A stretch of 64,000 bases of DNA from Hamiltosporidium tvaerminnensis FI-OER-3-3 (taxonomy: Eukaryota; Fungi; Microsporidia): positions 248,001 through 312,000 of the forward strand of contig CM061256.1 of NCBI GenBank assembly GCA_022605425.2. Direction: 5' to 3'. The position numbers and the translations under genes were made by a program. The notes beneath the pieces were generated by a model. It was not told the origin of the DNA, searched no databases, and saw nothing but the letters and a program-made list of their open reading frames with translations. Positions 9,444 to 21,568 of this stretch are shown piece after piece. Position 1 is the stretch's first letter. The number at the start of each line of letters is the position of its first letter.

Positions 9444-12400
9444 ATTTAATAAAATTCTGGGTTAAAATATTTTTAACATTTTTTTTTATATGTTTTCTTC
9501 TACCTTTTTAGCCACTATTGTCTCTTCTTCCAAATACGACTCTTCATTTATGTTATTGGTCGGTTCCTCTAAAGTGGTTCCTCCTTGTAAAATAAAGGGG
9601 GCTTTATATTTTGGTTTAAAATTTTTGGCACCATCTTCCTCTGTTTTCGCTTCTTTTAAAGGGGGTATTGGTTCCTCATGCATCTCTGATCTCATAATAA
9701 CACCCATTGACGCTCTCTCCCAGCTCTCTTCGGCATTTAGTCCTGACTCAAGTCCTCTTCGTCGATCAAAGGAAATAGTTTCGACTGTCTTTTTAAGTAC
9801 TATAGACTGAATGTATGCTTCTACATTCATGGGTATTTCTAGTCTTTTAAGATGAGATTTATGGTATTTTGTCACAATACCGTCCCAGGTCATCACATAA
9901 GGGATTATCTCAACACTACACTTATAAATAAGGCCCAACTCATTGGCTAGCAGGTCATACTTCCTAAGTTTTTCAGTTTCAACTATTTGAAGTGAATCTT
10001 GGGAAGTGATTCCTACTTTAATGAGTGTTATCTTATTTTTTCTCTTATATAAAATAAATATGTCCGGTCTGTTATTCCGGATCTTGACATCAGTTTTTAT
10101 TCTGGTATCAACTCTTATCTTCGCATGCTCCTTACCAAGAATTTCTTGAACTGAGTGGTACGAATCCGTTTCGAAGACTTAAACTTATATCTATTTAGAA
10201 GGAGAAGGTGTAGGCATCTAACCACTTCATTATGTCGTCTGGTATAGTCATGACCGAGCATTTTCTCACATCTAGTTGCTAGATGATCTACAGTCTTACC
10301 AAACTTCCCGCAATGTTGACACACACCATCTGCTCCCCAGAATACATTTCTATCCTGGATATAGCAGAACACAGCTTCATTTCGTGGCCTAATATTTCCT
10401 CTCTTTAGCCATCTTGAAGAGTCACTAACACTCACAAGCTCATTTTTCCTTGCATTATATAACTTTGAATGGAGTTTTCGTTTTTCTATTTCGTTATATA
10501 GTTTTGCAAGTTGAGCTTCTTCTAAACTTTTCTTAGTGACTTCTTCTACCAACCTGTACTTTACTTTTAAGAAGCCTTTTATTAGTGCAAGATGGGTTTT
10601 ATTATTATTCTCCACCTTGAGGATTGCTGCTCGTCTAGTTGATATTTCTTTACTTTTTTCCAGACAATCCAAGAGTTGCAGAAGCATATGTTCGCTTCGC
10701 AACTCAACACTATGTAGGCCTCTTCCAAGTTCTGTTCTAGGAAGATACAACCGCTCTTTACATCCTGGGCGGAGATGTATCTTATTTTTAACCAACACCG
10801 CACGCACTGCATCATCTAACTTAGAGAAGTCAGCCGGTTCAAGTCGAAGTACTCCTATGTGGTAGTTGATTAACGATATCGCATGTTGATTGATTGCAGA
10901 AAATAAATTTTTTGCATTTAATCTAGTGTGACAAAGTCTTTCAACTCTTGATATAAGTTTGCTCTGTACTTCTTCAAATGAGCTACGTGTTGGGATTCCT
11001 CTGCTATCTTCTATTATTCCTAAATATTTATAAACACTAACACCTTCTAGAAGAGTAGCAGTATCTTCACAACACGTATCATTTGTGGCTGACTTCTCTT
11101 TGTTAATCTCTAAGCCAATCACCTCTAAAAATTCCTTTGCCTCGCCTGTCATAGCACTCAATGTGGAGCTGTCTTTTGCAAGGAGCTTAAGATCATCAAT
11201 AAACAAGAGATGATTAGTAGAATGGGATTCTGCATCTGTTTGTACTGTCACTTTTGTGTATTTTTCATTAAGATTTCGGCTTAATGGATCCATACACAAA
11301 ACAAATAACAATGGTGACAAACTATCTCCTTGTAGAATCCCTCTATCAATCTTCTTGCTCATGATTTTTTCAGGCCCTACTGATATATCAATTTTCTATT
11401 TTGATATAATTACCTTAATAAATTTCAGGATCCAATCAGGTAAATTAAGGTTTTCAATGCATTGAGTTAAATAAGCATGATCTATTGAGTCATAAGCTTT
11501 TTTAACATCAATCCATGTTGCCTTAAGATTATTTCCATACTCTTTATTTAAGGCAATATTCAGTAGAGCCTGCTCTTTCGCTCCCCGCACACCTCTTACC
11601 GCCCCTAATTGGTTCTTTGCAATCAACCCTCGCCTTTCCACTTCAAGTTGAACGACTTTCGTTACACACTTTGTCGTTAACTTATAGAGGTTGGACATAC
11701 AAGTGATTGGCCTGTAGTCAGAGCCTCTTCGTGGAATTCCTTTTGGTATGAAATACGTAAGCCCGCAGTAAAACCAATCAGCTTGAGGTGTTCCTTCTAA
11801 ACATATAACTTTCACAATATCATAAAGATATTTGTGAAGAGTTGTAAGTTTCTTAATGAAAAAATTGTAAATACCATCAATTCCAGCAGCTTTCCAATTA
11901 GGGAGCCAATTAATGATATTCACAAATTCATCAAGTGAAGGAAACGTGGTCGGATGATTATCTGATACAAATGGAATCAAATAATCATCGTACGTGACTG
12001 TGTTATATATTTTGTTCCACATTGTAGACCAAAAACTCACAATTTCATCACGACTGACCACTTGCTCGGATTCCACACGCACAGACAACCACTGATAAAA
12101 TCGACCTCGGAAAAGCTCAAACATACGATTCTCTTTTCGGAATTGCTTCCTACTTTCATGCATCGTAATTTTTTTCTCGTAAACATTCAAAGACTCATTC
12201 TTCTTAACTAAAGCCTCAGAAAGATCAGTTACGCTGCTCAAGTTTAAATTAAACTCTCGCATGATTTTCTTAAGGCTCTTCGTTTCCGAAGTGGAGAGCT
12301 TTTCCTGCTTACGAGCTTTCTCGAGGAGATCTTTGGAAAGTACTAACTTAGAAATTTTACTTTCTATATTTTCCTTCCAAGAGGACCTAGGCTTCTCTTT

Positions 12401-13233
12401 ACGTGTGGCCTCGTCATAGCATACCTGGGCAGTTTGCATGATATACGCGGTTACCGTAATTGACTCAGGTACACGAGCTTTGGCATGTTCACCGACTACT
12501 CGATTAATAAGATCCAGGACTTTACTATCAACCAATTCATTTGGATGTTTTCTAGTTCTGACCACCACTTTTCCGATTTCCTTCTCTAAGATTTGTTTGA
12601 TTTTACTAAAAAATTTATCTCTCGGGTTTATGTACTCAGTGGTGTCAGTCATGGACATGGATCAGTGAGACAAGTGGCGATTATACGTCGCTCTCTATTC
12701 TCTTCTGATTTTACTTGCTTTCCCATCTCACTTTGTGCCAATTTTTTTAACACTTCGAGAATTTCACTGCAGCAGAATTTCTCATCATAGTACCTGTGAA
12801 GCTCTGTCGAGCCATTTCTTGGCATTCTTTCAAGCCTTGTCTGTACTGCAAAAAAAAACAATTCGAGGCCATTCCTTCGGGTCGGCTGTTATTGAATCAA
12901 ATATCGTCCGAAATGCCATTAGTCTATTACCTTCTGGAATAGCTAAAGTACAGGAGTTTCATGTCGTACGATGGCTCGCACGCAGAGACTTCAAATGAAG
13001 AGGGAAGTGTGTATTAGGCAAAGGGAAATTGTCAAGCCCACTATTTTGCATGTTTGGCTTGATGGTGGATGTGTTATTGTTGTGTAAGAGGAGGAAGGTG
13101 GGGAAATCGCCTGTGGGTCTAAATCACATTTTTTTATGCCACTCTTACTTTTATTCACCTTATAGGCGTCGTTTACCGCTTTTATTTTATTGTTTTTTGG
13201 TGTTTCGCTGCTAACATTTTCCTTTCTACACAT
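9444..13233 (-). mobile_element. Full-length but disrupted R4/Dong-like non-LTR retrotransposon (RT, CCHC, RLE)
   Basis: Begins MCRKENVSSE at 13233. RT motifs DYRPITC, WIDVKKAYDS, QGDSLSPLLF, FIDD and YKYLG; CQHC..H..C finger; RHN. Several frameshifts and an in-frame TAG. Confidence 0.95.
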
Positions 13234-14689
13234 TAATATAATTGTCAACTAAAAATATTTTTACAAAATTAATCATTTTCCGGAATTTTGAAATTTACTT
13301 CTAGCATTAGATAATAAGAAAATGCTTAAGTTATATTTTAAACGAAAGTAATTCACAAGAGAAGAACATTGAAAGACTAATCTGGCCGGTTTCGAAATGT
13401 AAATCTAATATTGTTGCCCTGGAATTTCCAAAAAAGTATTTAACTAGACGATTAAATATCAAAGAATAAAATACTTTATCCGTTATTTTAACAAAAAAAA
13501 TATTCTATCGGCTGAACACACTAAAAATCTAAAAAACCAAAAACATGAGATTACATCAGTTTAATTAGCACCCGGAAGAAAATTTATTTTAAGTTGGACT
13601 TCAAAATAAATAAAAGAGACCAGGAGAGTGATATATGATTTAATTTAGAAAAAACATAAGCTAATACAGACATAGTCTTGATAAAATATCTATTAAAAGT
13701 AATATTTAGGCCAAATAAAGGCCATTCTAATATAAAAGACAGAAATAGTGATCTCAAACGCATTAGCGATTCATTGTAAAAAATAAAATATCGGTAATTA
13801 CTATTCATAATCGAATTCTTTCAGAAAATATTTCATTCATAAAAGTAAATATCTCGAAAATCTAATATATATTTAAATTTTTATTGTGGCATTCAATTTA
13901 CAAAAAAAATAGGAAACATAATTATTAGGATGAATTCTTAGCAATTAATAAAAGAAATCTCATATATTTTATATTGAAATGAAGCAAAATCATAACATAG
14001 GTGACATTTTGATATCTCAGCCTTAAAGTTTATTTAAAAAGGTCAAAACATAAGTTACAAAGCCAATAAATCAAACATATAGCAGTTTTGAATAATTTTG
14101 TGTTTTGTAATTTTTCGGAACTATAAATAATCTATATGGCTATGAATGCGAAAGTTTGACACACAAATCAAATTTTTTTCAGAAATAAACAAATATACCA
14201 GATTTTCAATTAAAATTTTATTTAATTTTAAGGATATTTTTTAATTTGATAATGATAAAGAAAATATTTAAAACTTATAGAGAGGTTGAAGAAATGCGGA
14301 AAAGTAGCAACGCATCTTTATAATCAGATTTTTGTTACAAAAAGAGATGTTTAATCAGAGTTTTTTGACTAAAACTACTTTGATCTGAACTATAGAGTCT
14401 GCTCCAAATATATATTTAAAATACAGAAAATTTATTCGAAAACAGAGAATGCAAAGAAGATCTATGTATTTTAAACTCTTGATTTAACCTACAACATCTA
14501 TTAGAATATATTTAAGCTTATATAAGCCCTTATACGATTAGCTTTTCACTTCCAATCATCTTAAATTCGGTATTTGTACATTTTTTGTAAAAATAGCTTT
14601 ATAAATTTAATCTTTCGCCTCATTTTTTAATCGGATTTTATCTCGCTTATAATCAATTTTAGCGATTTAATGCAAAATTATAAATATTA

Positions 14690-14767
14690 ATTTCTATTTT
14701 ATCAAAATTTAAAAGTATTCTGATAATTAGATATTTTAATTAAAAATAAAAATATTTACTATCCCAT
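14690..14767 (+). promoter_or_regulatory. Original core promoter of the 18602 LRR gene, now directly upstream of the retrotransposon ATG
   Basis: ttttatcaaaat...tttactatCCCat aligns with the upstream region of the paralogous LRR gene (8556..8640, minus strand). Confidence 0.6.
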
Positions 14768-17700
14768 ATGGGTAGAAAGAAAAATTTTAGCAGCGAAATA
14801 TCGAATAATACCAAAATAAAGGCTGCAAACGACGCTGATGAGGTGAAAAAGAGTGATAGTGAGATACAAAAATGTAAGCTACACCCACCGGCGATTCCCC
14901 TACCTTCCTCCTCCTACACAACAATAACACCTCCACCACCAAGCCAAACATGCAGTAAAATGCAAAATAGTGGGCTTGACACCTTACCTTCGCCTAATGC
15001 ACCAGTTCCCTCTTCGGTTGAAGTCTCTGCGTGCGAGCCATCGTACGACATGACAAGCCCCTGTACTCTAGCTATTCCGGAAGGTAACAGGCTAATGGCA
15101 TTGCGGACGATATTCGATTCTGTAACAGCCGACCCGAAGGGATGGCCTCGAATTGTTTTTTTTGCAGTACAGACAAGGTTTGAAAGAATGCCAAGAAATG
15201 GCTGGACAGAGCTTCACAGGTACTATAATGAGAAATTCGGCTGCACTGAAACTCTCGAAGTGTTAAAAAAATTGGCACAAAGTGAGATGGGAAAGGATGT
15301 AAAATCAGAAGAGAATGGAGAGCGACGTAGAATCGCCACTTGTCTCGCTGATACATGCACCTTGACCGACACCACGGAGTACATAAACCTGAGAGATAAA
15401 TTCTTGAGTAAAATCAAAGAAATCTCTGAGAACGAAATTGGAAAAGTGGTGGTCCGAACTAGAAAACATCCAAATGAATTGGTTGATAGTAAAGTTCTGG
15501 ATCTTATTAATCGAGTAGTCGGTGAACATGCCAAAGCTCGTGTACCTGAGTCAATTACGGTAACCGCGTATATCATGCAAGCTGCCCAGGTATGCTATGA
15601 CGAGGCCACACGTAAAGAGAAGCCTAGGTCCTCTTGGAAGGAAAATATAGAAAGTAAAATTTCTAAGTTAGTACTTTCCAAAGATCTCCTCGAGAAAGCT
15701 CGTAAGCAGGAAAAGCTCTCCACTTCGGAAACGAAGAGCCTTAAGAAAATCATGCGAGAGTTTAATTTAAACTTGAGCAGCGTAACTGATCTTTCTGAGG
15801 CTTTAGTTAAGAAGAATGAGTCTTTGAATGTTTACGAGAAAAAAATTACGATGCATGAAAGTAGGAAGCAATTCCGAAAAGAGAATCGTATGTTTGAGCT
15901 TTTCCGAGGTCGATTTTATCAGTGGTTGTCTGTGCGTGTGGAATCCGAGCAAGTGGTCAGTCGTGATGAAATTGTGAGTTTTTGGTCTACAATGTGGAAC
16001 AAAATATATAACACAGTCACGTACGATGATTATTTGATTCCATTTGTATCAGATAATCATCCGACCACGTTTCCTTCACTTGATGAATTTGTGAATATCA
16101 TTAATTGGCTCCCTAATTGGAAAGCTGCTGGAATTGATGGTATTTACAATTTTTTCATTAAGAAACTTACAACTCTTCACAAATATCTTTATGATATTGT
16201 GAAAGTTATATGTTTAGAAGGAACACCTCAAGCTGATTGGTTTTACTGCGGGCTTACGTATTTCATACCAAAAGGAATTCCACGAAGAGGCTCTGACTAC
16301 AGGCCAATCACTTGTATGTCCAACCTCTATAAGTTAACGACAAAGTGTGTAACGAAAGTCGTTCAACTTGAAGTGGAAAGGCGAGGGTTGATTGCAAAGA
16401 ACCAATTAGGGGCGGTAAGAGGTGTGCGGGGAGCGAAAGAGCAGGCTCTACTGAATATTGCCTTAAATAAAGAGTATGGAAATAATCTTAAGGCAACATG
16501 GATTGATGTTAAAAAAGCTTATGACTCAATAGATCATGCTTATTTAACTCAATGCATTGAAAACCTTAATTTACCTGATTGGATCCTGAAATTTATTAAG
16601 GTAATTATATCAAAATAGAAAATTGATATATCAGTAGGGCCTGAAAAAATCATGAGCAAGAAGATTGATAGAGGGATTCTACAAGGAGATAGTTTGTCAC
16701 CATTGTTATTTGTTTTGTGTATGGATCCATTAAGCCGAAATCTTAATGAAAAATACACAAAAGTGACAGTACAAACAGATGCAGAATCCCATTCTACTAA
16801 TCATCTCTTGTTTATTGATGATCTTAAGCTCCTTGCAAAAGACAGCTCCACATTGAGTGCTATGACAGGCGAGGCAAAGGAATTTTTAGAGGTGATTGGC
16901 TTAGAGATTAACAAAGAGAAGTCAGCCACAAATGATACGTGTTGTGAAGATACTGCTACTCTTCTAGAAGGTGTTAGTGTTTATAAATATTTAGGAATAA
17001 TAGAAGATAGCAGAGGAATCCCAACACGTAGCTCATTTGAAGAAGTACAGAGCAAACTTATATCAAGAGTTGAAAGACTTTGTCACACTAGATTAAATGC
17101 AAAAAATTTATTTTCTGCAATCAATCAACATGCGATATCGTTAATCAACTACCACATAGGAGTACTTCGACTTGAACCGGCTGACTTCTCTAAGTTAGAT
17201 GATGCAGTGCGTGCGGTGTTGGTTAAAAATAAGATACATCTCCGCCCAGGATGTAAAGAGCGGTTGTATCTTCCTAGAACAGAACTTGGAAGAGGCCTAC
17301 ATAGTGTTGAGTTGCGAAGCGAACATATGCTTCTGCAACTCTTGGATTGTCTGGAAAAAAGTAAAGAAATATCAACTAGACGAGCAGCAATCCTCAAGGT
17401 GGAGAATAATAATAAAACCCATCTTGCACTAATAAAAGGCTTCTTAAAAGTAAAGTACAGGTTGGTAGAAGAAGTCACTAAGAAAAGTTTAGAAGAAGCT
17501 CAACTTGCAAAACTATATAACGAAATAGAAAAACGAAAACTCCATTCAAAGTTATATAATGCAAGGAAAAATGAGCTTGTGAGTGTTAGTGACTCTTCAA
17601 GATGGCTAAAGAGAGGAAATATTAGGCCACGAAATGAAGCTGTGTTCTGCTATATCCAGGATAGAAATGTATTCTGGGGAGCAGATGGTGTGTGTCAACA

Positions 17701-18572
17701 TTGCGGGAAGTTTGGTAAGACTGTAGATCATCTAGCAACTAGATGTGAGAAAATGCTAGCCCATGATTACACTAGACGGCATAATGAAGTGGTTAGATGC
17801 CTACACCTTCTCCTTCTAAATAGATATAAGTTTAAGTCTTCGAAACGGATTCGTACCACTCAGTTCAAGAAATTCTTGATAATGAGTATGCAGAGATAAG
17901 AGTGGACACCAGAATTAAAACTGATGTTAAAATTCGGAATAACAGACCGGACATATTTATTTTAGATAAGAAGAAGAAGAAGATAACACTCATTGAAGTA
18001 GGAATCACTTCCCAAGATTCACTTCAAATAGTTGAAACTGAAAAACTTAGGAAGTATGACCTGCTAGCCAATGAGTTGGGCCTTATTTATAAGTGTAGTG
18101 TTGAGATAATCCCTTATGTGATGACCTGGGACGGTATTGTGACAAAATACCATAAATCTCATCTTAAAAGACTAGAAATACCCATGAATGTAGAAGCATA
18201 CATTCAGTCTATAGTACTTAAAAAGACAGTCGAAACTATTTCCTTTGATCGACGAAGAGGACTTGAGTCAGGACTAAATGCCGAAGAGAGCTGGGAGAGA
18301 GCGTCAATGGGTGTTATTATGAGATCAGAGATGCATGAGGAACCAATACCCCCTTTAAAAGAAGCGAAAACAGAGGAAGATGGTGCCAAAAATTTTAAAC
18401 CAAAATATAAAGCCCCCTTTATTTTACAAGGAGGAACCACTTTAGAGGAACCGACCAATAACATAAATGAAGAGTCGGATTTGGAAGAAGAGACAAAAGT
18501 GGTCAAAGAGGTAGAAGAAAACATGTAAAAATGGTAAAAAATATTTTAACCCAGAATTTTATTAAATAAAAT
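14768..18572 (+). mobile_element. Full-length R4/Dong-like non-LTR retrotransposon; single ~1253-aa ORF broken by one TAG (16616) and one -1 frameshift (~17856); 15-bp TSD
   Basis: ORFs 14768..16618 and 16652..17899 are in the same frame, followed by 17902..18528 (PD..E endonuclease). The TSD is tatttactatcccat (14753..14767) and tatttagtatcccat (18576..18590). Confidence 0.95.
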
Positions 18573-18601
18573 AATTATTTAGTATCCCATTTTAAGAGAA
18601 A

Positions 18602-20958
18602 ATGCGAAGTTATAGGAAGTTTACAAATACTATTACTATTGAGACGTTATTTCATTTAATATATATATTATTTAGCTTCAAACTAATTAGTAATGTTTCG
18701 GGTGAAAAAAATATTTTCAAATTTCAAACAAATGAAGATTACGAAATTTTATTTTTTTACGTTAAAAAGGATAAAAATTATGCGGAATATGTATGTAACG
18801 AGGATTACGAGCTTAAACTCTTGCCTGATTTCAATGTGGATCTAGATGTAGATAAACATCCTTTTTTTATTTATGGAACAGAAAACTTTATTACATTTGA
18901 AGTATTCGACCATATTTTATCTTTAAATACATCAGACAAAGAATATAAGAAAGGAATAATTGAATGTAGGTATGATTTATCTTATTTTTTAAGATTGACT
19001 AAGGATATATCAGAGGCTTCTAACGAATTAAATGGTTATCAGTTCAAATGTATGCTTATGACGCTTAAAAATTTGAAGGTAGTGGAAAATAAAAACATCA
19101 TTAAATTTCTTCAAATTATAACGCTAGAAAACATGCGAAAAGAAATTTTTAACGTTTAAATATGCAAAAAACACATCTAAATCCCACGGAAATATTTAAT
19201 TCTGAATATTTATCTGACATTGATTTATATCTCAAAAGAAAGCTAACATTGGGATTTTTTAATAATTTAATGATAACGTGCGAATTTTATTATGGAAATT
19301 TAATTTTATCGGAAGGACACGGGAATTATTTCGATGTTTCACTTTTAAACAACAATATTCCCTATAAAAATTTATTAATTAATAGTTATAAAGTATTTCG
19401 TAGCCTAGAAAACATCTTAAAGAGTTCTTGTATCTTAAATACTTTAAGACTTCTTTTCAATGAATTGAATATTAAATCTTTAATACTAAATGATTTTTTG
19501 TGTGATGAAATTATTTCTGATGATTTCGCACCAATTATTTTATCCATGTTTGATTTTTATTCTGTTAAAATTTCAAATTTTAGAATCCAAAATTCTCTTG
19601 AGTTTTTATATTGTATATTGATTGGCATTAAGAAAGACATCGAAATTTTAGAGCTAGTAAATATAAAGTCTTATCGATTAAATTTAAATTTTTTTCTAAA
19701 GGAAAGAAAACCTAGAGTTTTGGTGTTATGCGAAGTAAATTTGATCGAATATAGTTCATTAGTTGATGATTTTCCCGATTTTTATGAAAAGTTAGAATTC
19801 ATCGATTTTCGTTTTGTTTATCTCAATTCTCATTGGTGGAATGATTTTTTGCAAAAAGCAAATTTAAACAAAATTATACTCTACTTCGATAATTCAAAAT
19901 CAGAAAAAAACTTTTCCGATGAATTTACAAAATTAAAATCACACAAAAATAATATTCTGTATCTTGAATTAATATTCAATTGTTATAAAATAACAACTGA
20001 TTTTTGCAATTCTTTATTATTTTTCAAAAATTTAAAAACTTTGAAACTTGATAGATATATAATTGATGAAGATACAGGTTCTTATTTCTACAAAGCCATT
20101 GAATGCATGAAAGAATTAGAATATTTGGCATTGTGCCAACTTGCAGATATTACAAAGCCATTTGATTTTTTGCTCAATAAGTTTAAAATTAAAAGTCTTT
20201 TTTTACAAAATATTTCTGTCGATAATGATATAATATTGATTCAGTTTTTAAAGAGTCACATATTTTGACTGAACTTTTTCTTAAAAATGTTGTTCTAGGT
20301 TTAGATTTTTTAGGGAAATATTTAAATGCGAGAACTTGGTTCGGCTATTGCTACATATTAGTGTTTCTAAGCCCGATGTGGGTTATAAATCGGTTGATTT
20401 TTTGTCTAGAAATATTAATACTTTATCTTTGCGAATCCACCTTCTATATTTATGCACAAATGGAATATCTTGTCTAGACTTGATTCGCTAGAATATTTAA
20501 GTATATCAAGTTGCAATTCTCGGACAGGTTATCTATCCAAACTAAATTCTAAATGTAGTTTAAGCTTAAAAAGACTTTCTTATAGATATGGTACTATAGA
20601 TTTCAACGATATAAACAAAATAGGAGAATTAAAAGTCCTAGAGGAATTAAAAATTTATGGTTGTAAATTTCTGAATTATACTTTTAAAGATTTTATCAAT
20701 AGTTGTAAATTTTTTAAAAGTTTAAAAAATTTAAAATTTTGGGTGCTCGATATGAAAAATGATGATCTTTTAAATTTAAAAAGATTCAGAAAACTTAAGA
20801 AATTATCATTTAGATTTACTGAATTCGAATTGCTAAATATAAAGAATTGTTTGTTATCTCTGTCTATAAGCCAGTTGCAGAATTTGGCCTCGAATGATGT
20901 TAGGAATTACAAAATTTTTTGTAGGTATCTTAGGGAGAGCAACCTCGAGGTGAAATAA
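18602..20958 (+). CDS. LRR family protein (~786 aa when four 1-nt deletions are restored); pseudogene or consensus errors
   Basis: The fragments are collinear with the 788-aa paralogue, from FQTNEDYEILFF through YDLSYFLRLTKDIS to RYLRESNLEVK. Breaks are at ~19157, 20266, 20312 and 20434. Confidence 0.8.
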
Positions 20959-21568
20959 TTAGATTAAACTGCGGAAAATTTTTAATACTTTATTTTTCTG
21001 CAATATATTAGTGTTCTGAAATCTCATTACATATAATATATAATAATTTTATAGTTAACTAAAACAGGAATAATTGTTACATTTAAAATTTGGAATAAAA
21101 TTGATTTAATCTGGGTTGTCTTTCTTCTATGCTTTCGTTTGCCTTATTCTAGACATTCGCCGTTTTATTTGCATCGTTCTTAAATTAACCACTTTTTGAA
21201 ATTTTGTATCAATTCTATAATTTAGATCATTGTTTCCAACTTTAAAATGTAATAATTTAGGTGTTGGCTTCTTAAATACATTATTTCTCATCGCGTATAT
21301 TTTATTTAGTTATAGTTTTTTTCCTGTATATCTTCGCATTTATGTAATTACGTGATGTCGCTTTCAAACACGTTCCATTTGGGCAGGAAGGCGGTCCTCT
21401 TCATCGATCAATATGAATAAATTGCAGTTGCTTTTTGATATTATCGATAAAACGTTGCCCCTTTTTTTATTGATATATTGAACCTGGTATGGTAAAATTT
21501 TGGTATTTAGTTACAATACCATACAAAGTTATACCACGAGGGACTATCTCACATTCAAAAAAATAGAT

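Noticed and set aside
16616-16618. Programmed stop-codon readthrough in the RT (same TAG in two copies)
   Set aside because: It falls in the middle of the RT domain at a likely TGG codon, the two copies are not independent, and another TGG-to-TAG change occurs at ~43278.
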